Assembly (NCBI GenBank): GCA_965217865.1
Contig: CBDCJO010000002.1
Location: forward strand, 1,632,001 to 1,696,000
Reading direction: 5' to 3'
Source of the DNA: Candidatus Latescibacterota bacterium
GTDB lineage: Bacteria; Latescibacterota; UBA2968; SICM01
DNA: 64,000 bases
Below the pieces are notes generated by a model that was not told where the DNA came from, made no database searches, and was given only the letters and a program-made list of their open reading frames with translations. A program made the position numbers and the translations under genes. Shown here piece after piece: positions 63,505 to 64,000 of the stretch. The first letter of the stretch is position 1; the number at the start of each line of letters is the position of its first letter.

Positions 63505-63911
63505 TCTGTAACTTCCCCCTGTTTTCTTACGGGCAAGCCTCTCTTCACGAGCAATTCCATTGCCTTTTCGACCGGAATCCTGACAATTCCACTGTCCCTT
63601 TCGACCCAGGTGTAGCGGCCAATCAACGCCTCCTCATATTCCCGAGCATCTGCCAGCTCCTTCGACGGGTCGGGCTGGAGAAGCGGCCCGGAAGGCGGTT
63701 TCCTTGAGTCTGCCATAGGGGACGACGAAGGGTGCTGGGCGGCATTGCGGCTTGCGAAGAAATTGAACATTCCTGACATCAGGAGGGTCGATATTCCCAC
63801 GATGACGGCCACGAGGAGCCCGGCCGCGATCAAAGGCCGAATCCGAACCTCGGAGGATTCGTAAGCCCTGCTGTCACCCTGGCCGGGGTTTTCTTGGGAC
63901 TTATCCATCAT
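63501..63911 (-). CDS. Single-TM protein typical of alternative complex III/caa3 operons (ActG-like)
   Basis: One TM, PLLQPDP, YTWVER..G.VRIPVEKAM; operon position. Confidence 0.65.
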   Translation of the reverse strand: MMDKSQENPGQGDSRAYESSEVRIRPLIAAGLLVAVIVGISTLLMSGMFNFFASRNAAQHPSSSPMADSRKPPSGPLLQPDPSKELADAREYEEALIGRYTWVERDSGIVRIPVEKAMELLVKRGLPVRKQGEVTE

Positions 63912-64000
63912 CCGTGATTACCTCCTGACGAAGCGAAGGCCTCTTCCATCCTGGGATCCTTGAGGGGAAGCAGCGACTTGCCTTCAAGCTCCCGGGCGAA
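63908..64000 (-). CDS. C-terminus of an upstream gene, probably alternative complex III subunit ActF
   Basis: FARELEGKSLLPLKDPRMEEAFASSGGNHG*, with LLP..DPR tail; TGA overlaps the next ATG. Confidence 0.55.
   Translation of the reverse strand, partial: FARELEGKSLLPLKDPRMEEAFASSGGNHG

Overview
GC-rich bacterial chromosome segment. The dockerin/EF-hand-tailed surface protein, futalosine pathway and ACIII + caa3 oxidase suggest a Latescibacterota-like lineage (inference only). It is mostly housekeeping DNA: an EF-G paralog, glmU-like, argE, mqnD, hrcA-grpE-dnaJ, tilS-ftsH-folP, argR-argC-argB-argD-argG with tandem ARG boxes, CIRCE-groES-groEL, lnt, a DEAD-box helicase, EndoQ/UvrD, gpmI and a caa3 oxidase operon. 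The standout is an accessory island at about 21.3-26.3 kb that looks like a non-canonical integron. A tyrosine recombinase lacking the IntI-specific insertion, but with an extra HARP-like N-terminal domain, is followed on the same strand by an attI-like site and a cassette array (GrpB, MTA/SAH nucleosidase, AT-rich purC fragment). The cassettes are separated by ~130-bp branched attC-like palindromes, and the two ends of each complete cassette match over 17-18 bp. An IS630 element truncates the array and joins purC to a GGDEF remnant. Other oddities: a poly-G frameshift in a large surface protein, an internally deleted sulfatase, a DUF1016-N/thermonuclease fusion, an unannotated basic small ORF, and many intergenic short repeats, REPs and MITEs. 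Four apparent frameshifts could partly be sequencing errors. All calls are by eye; no searches were run.
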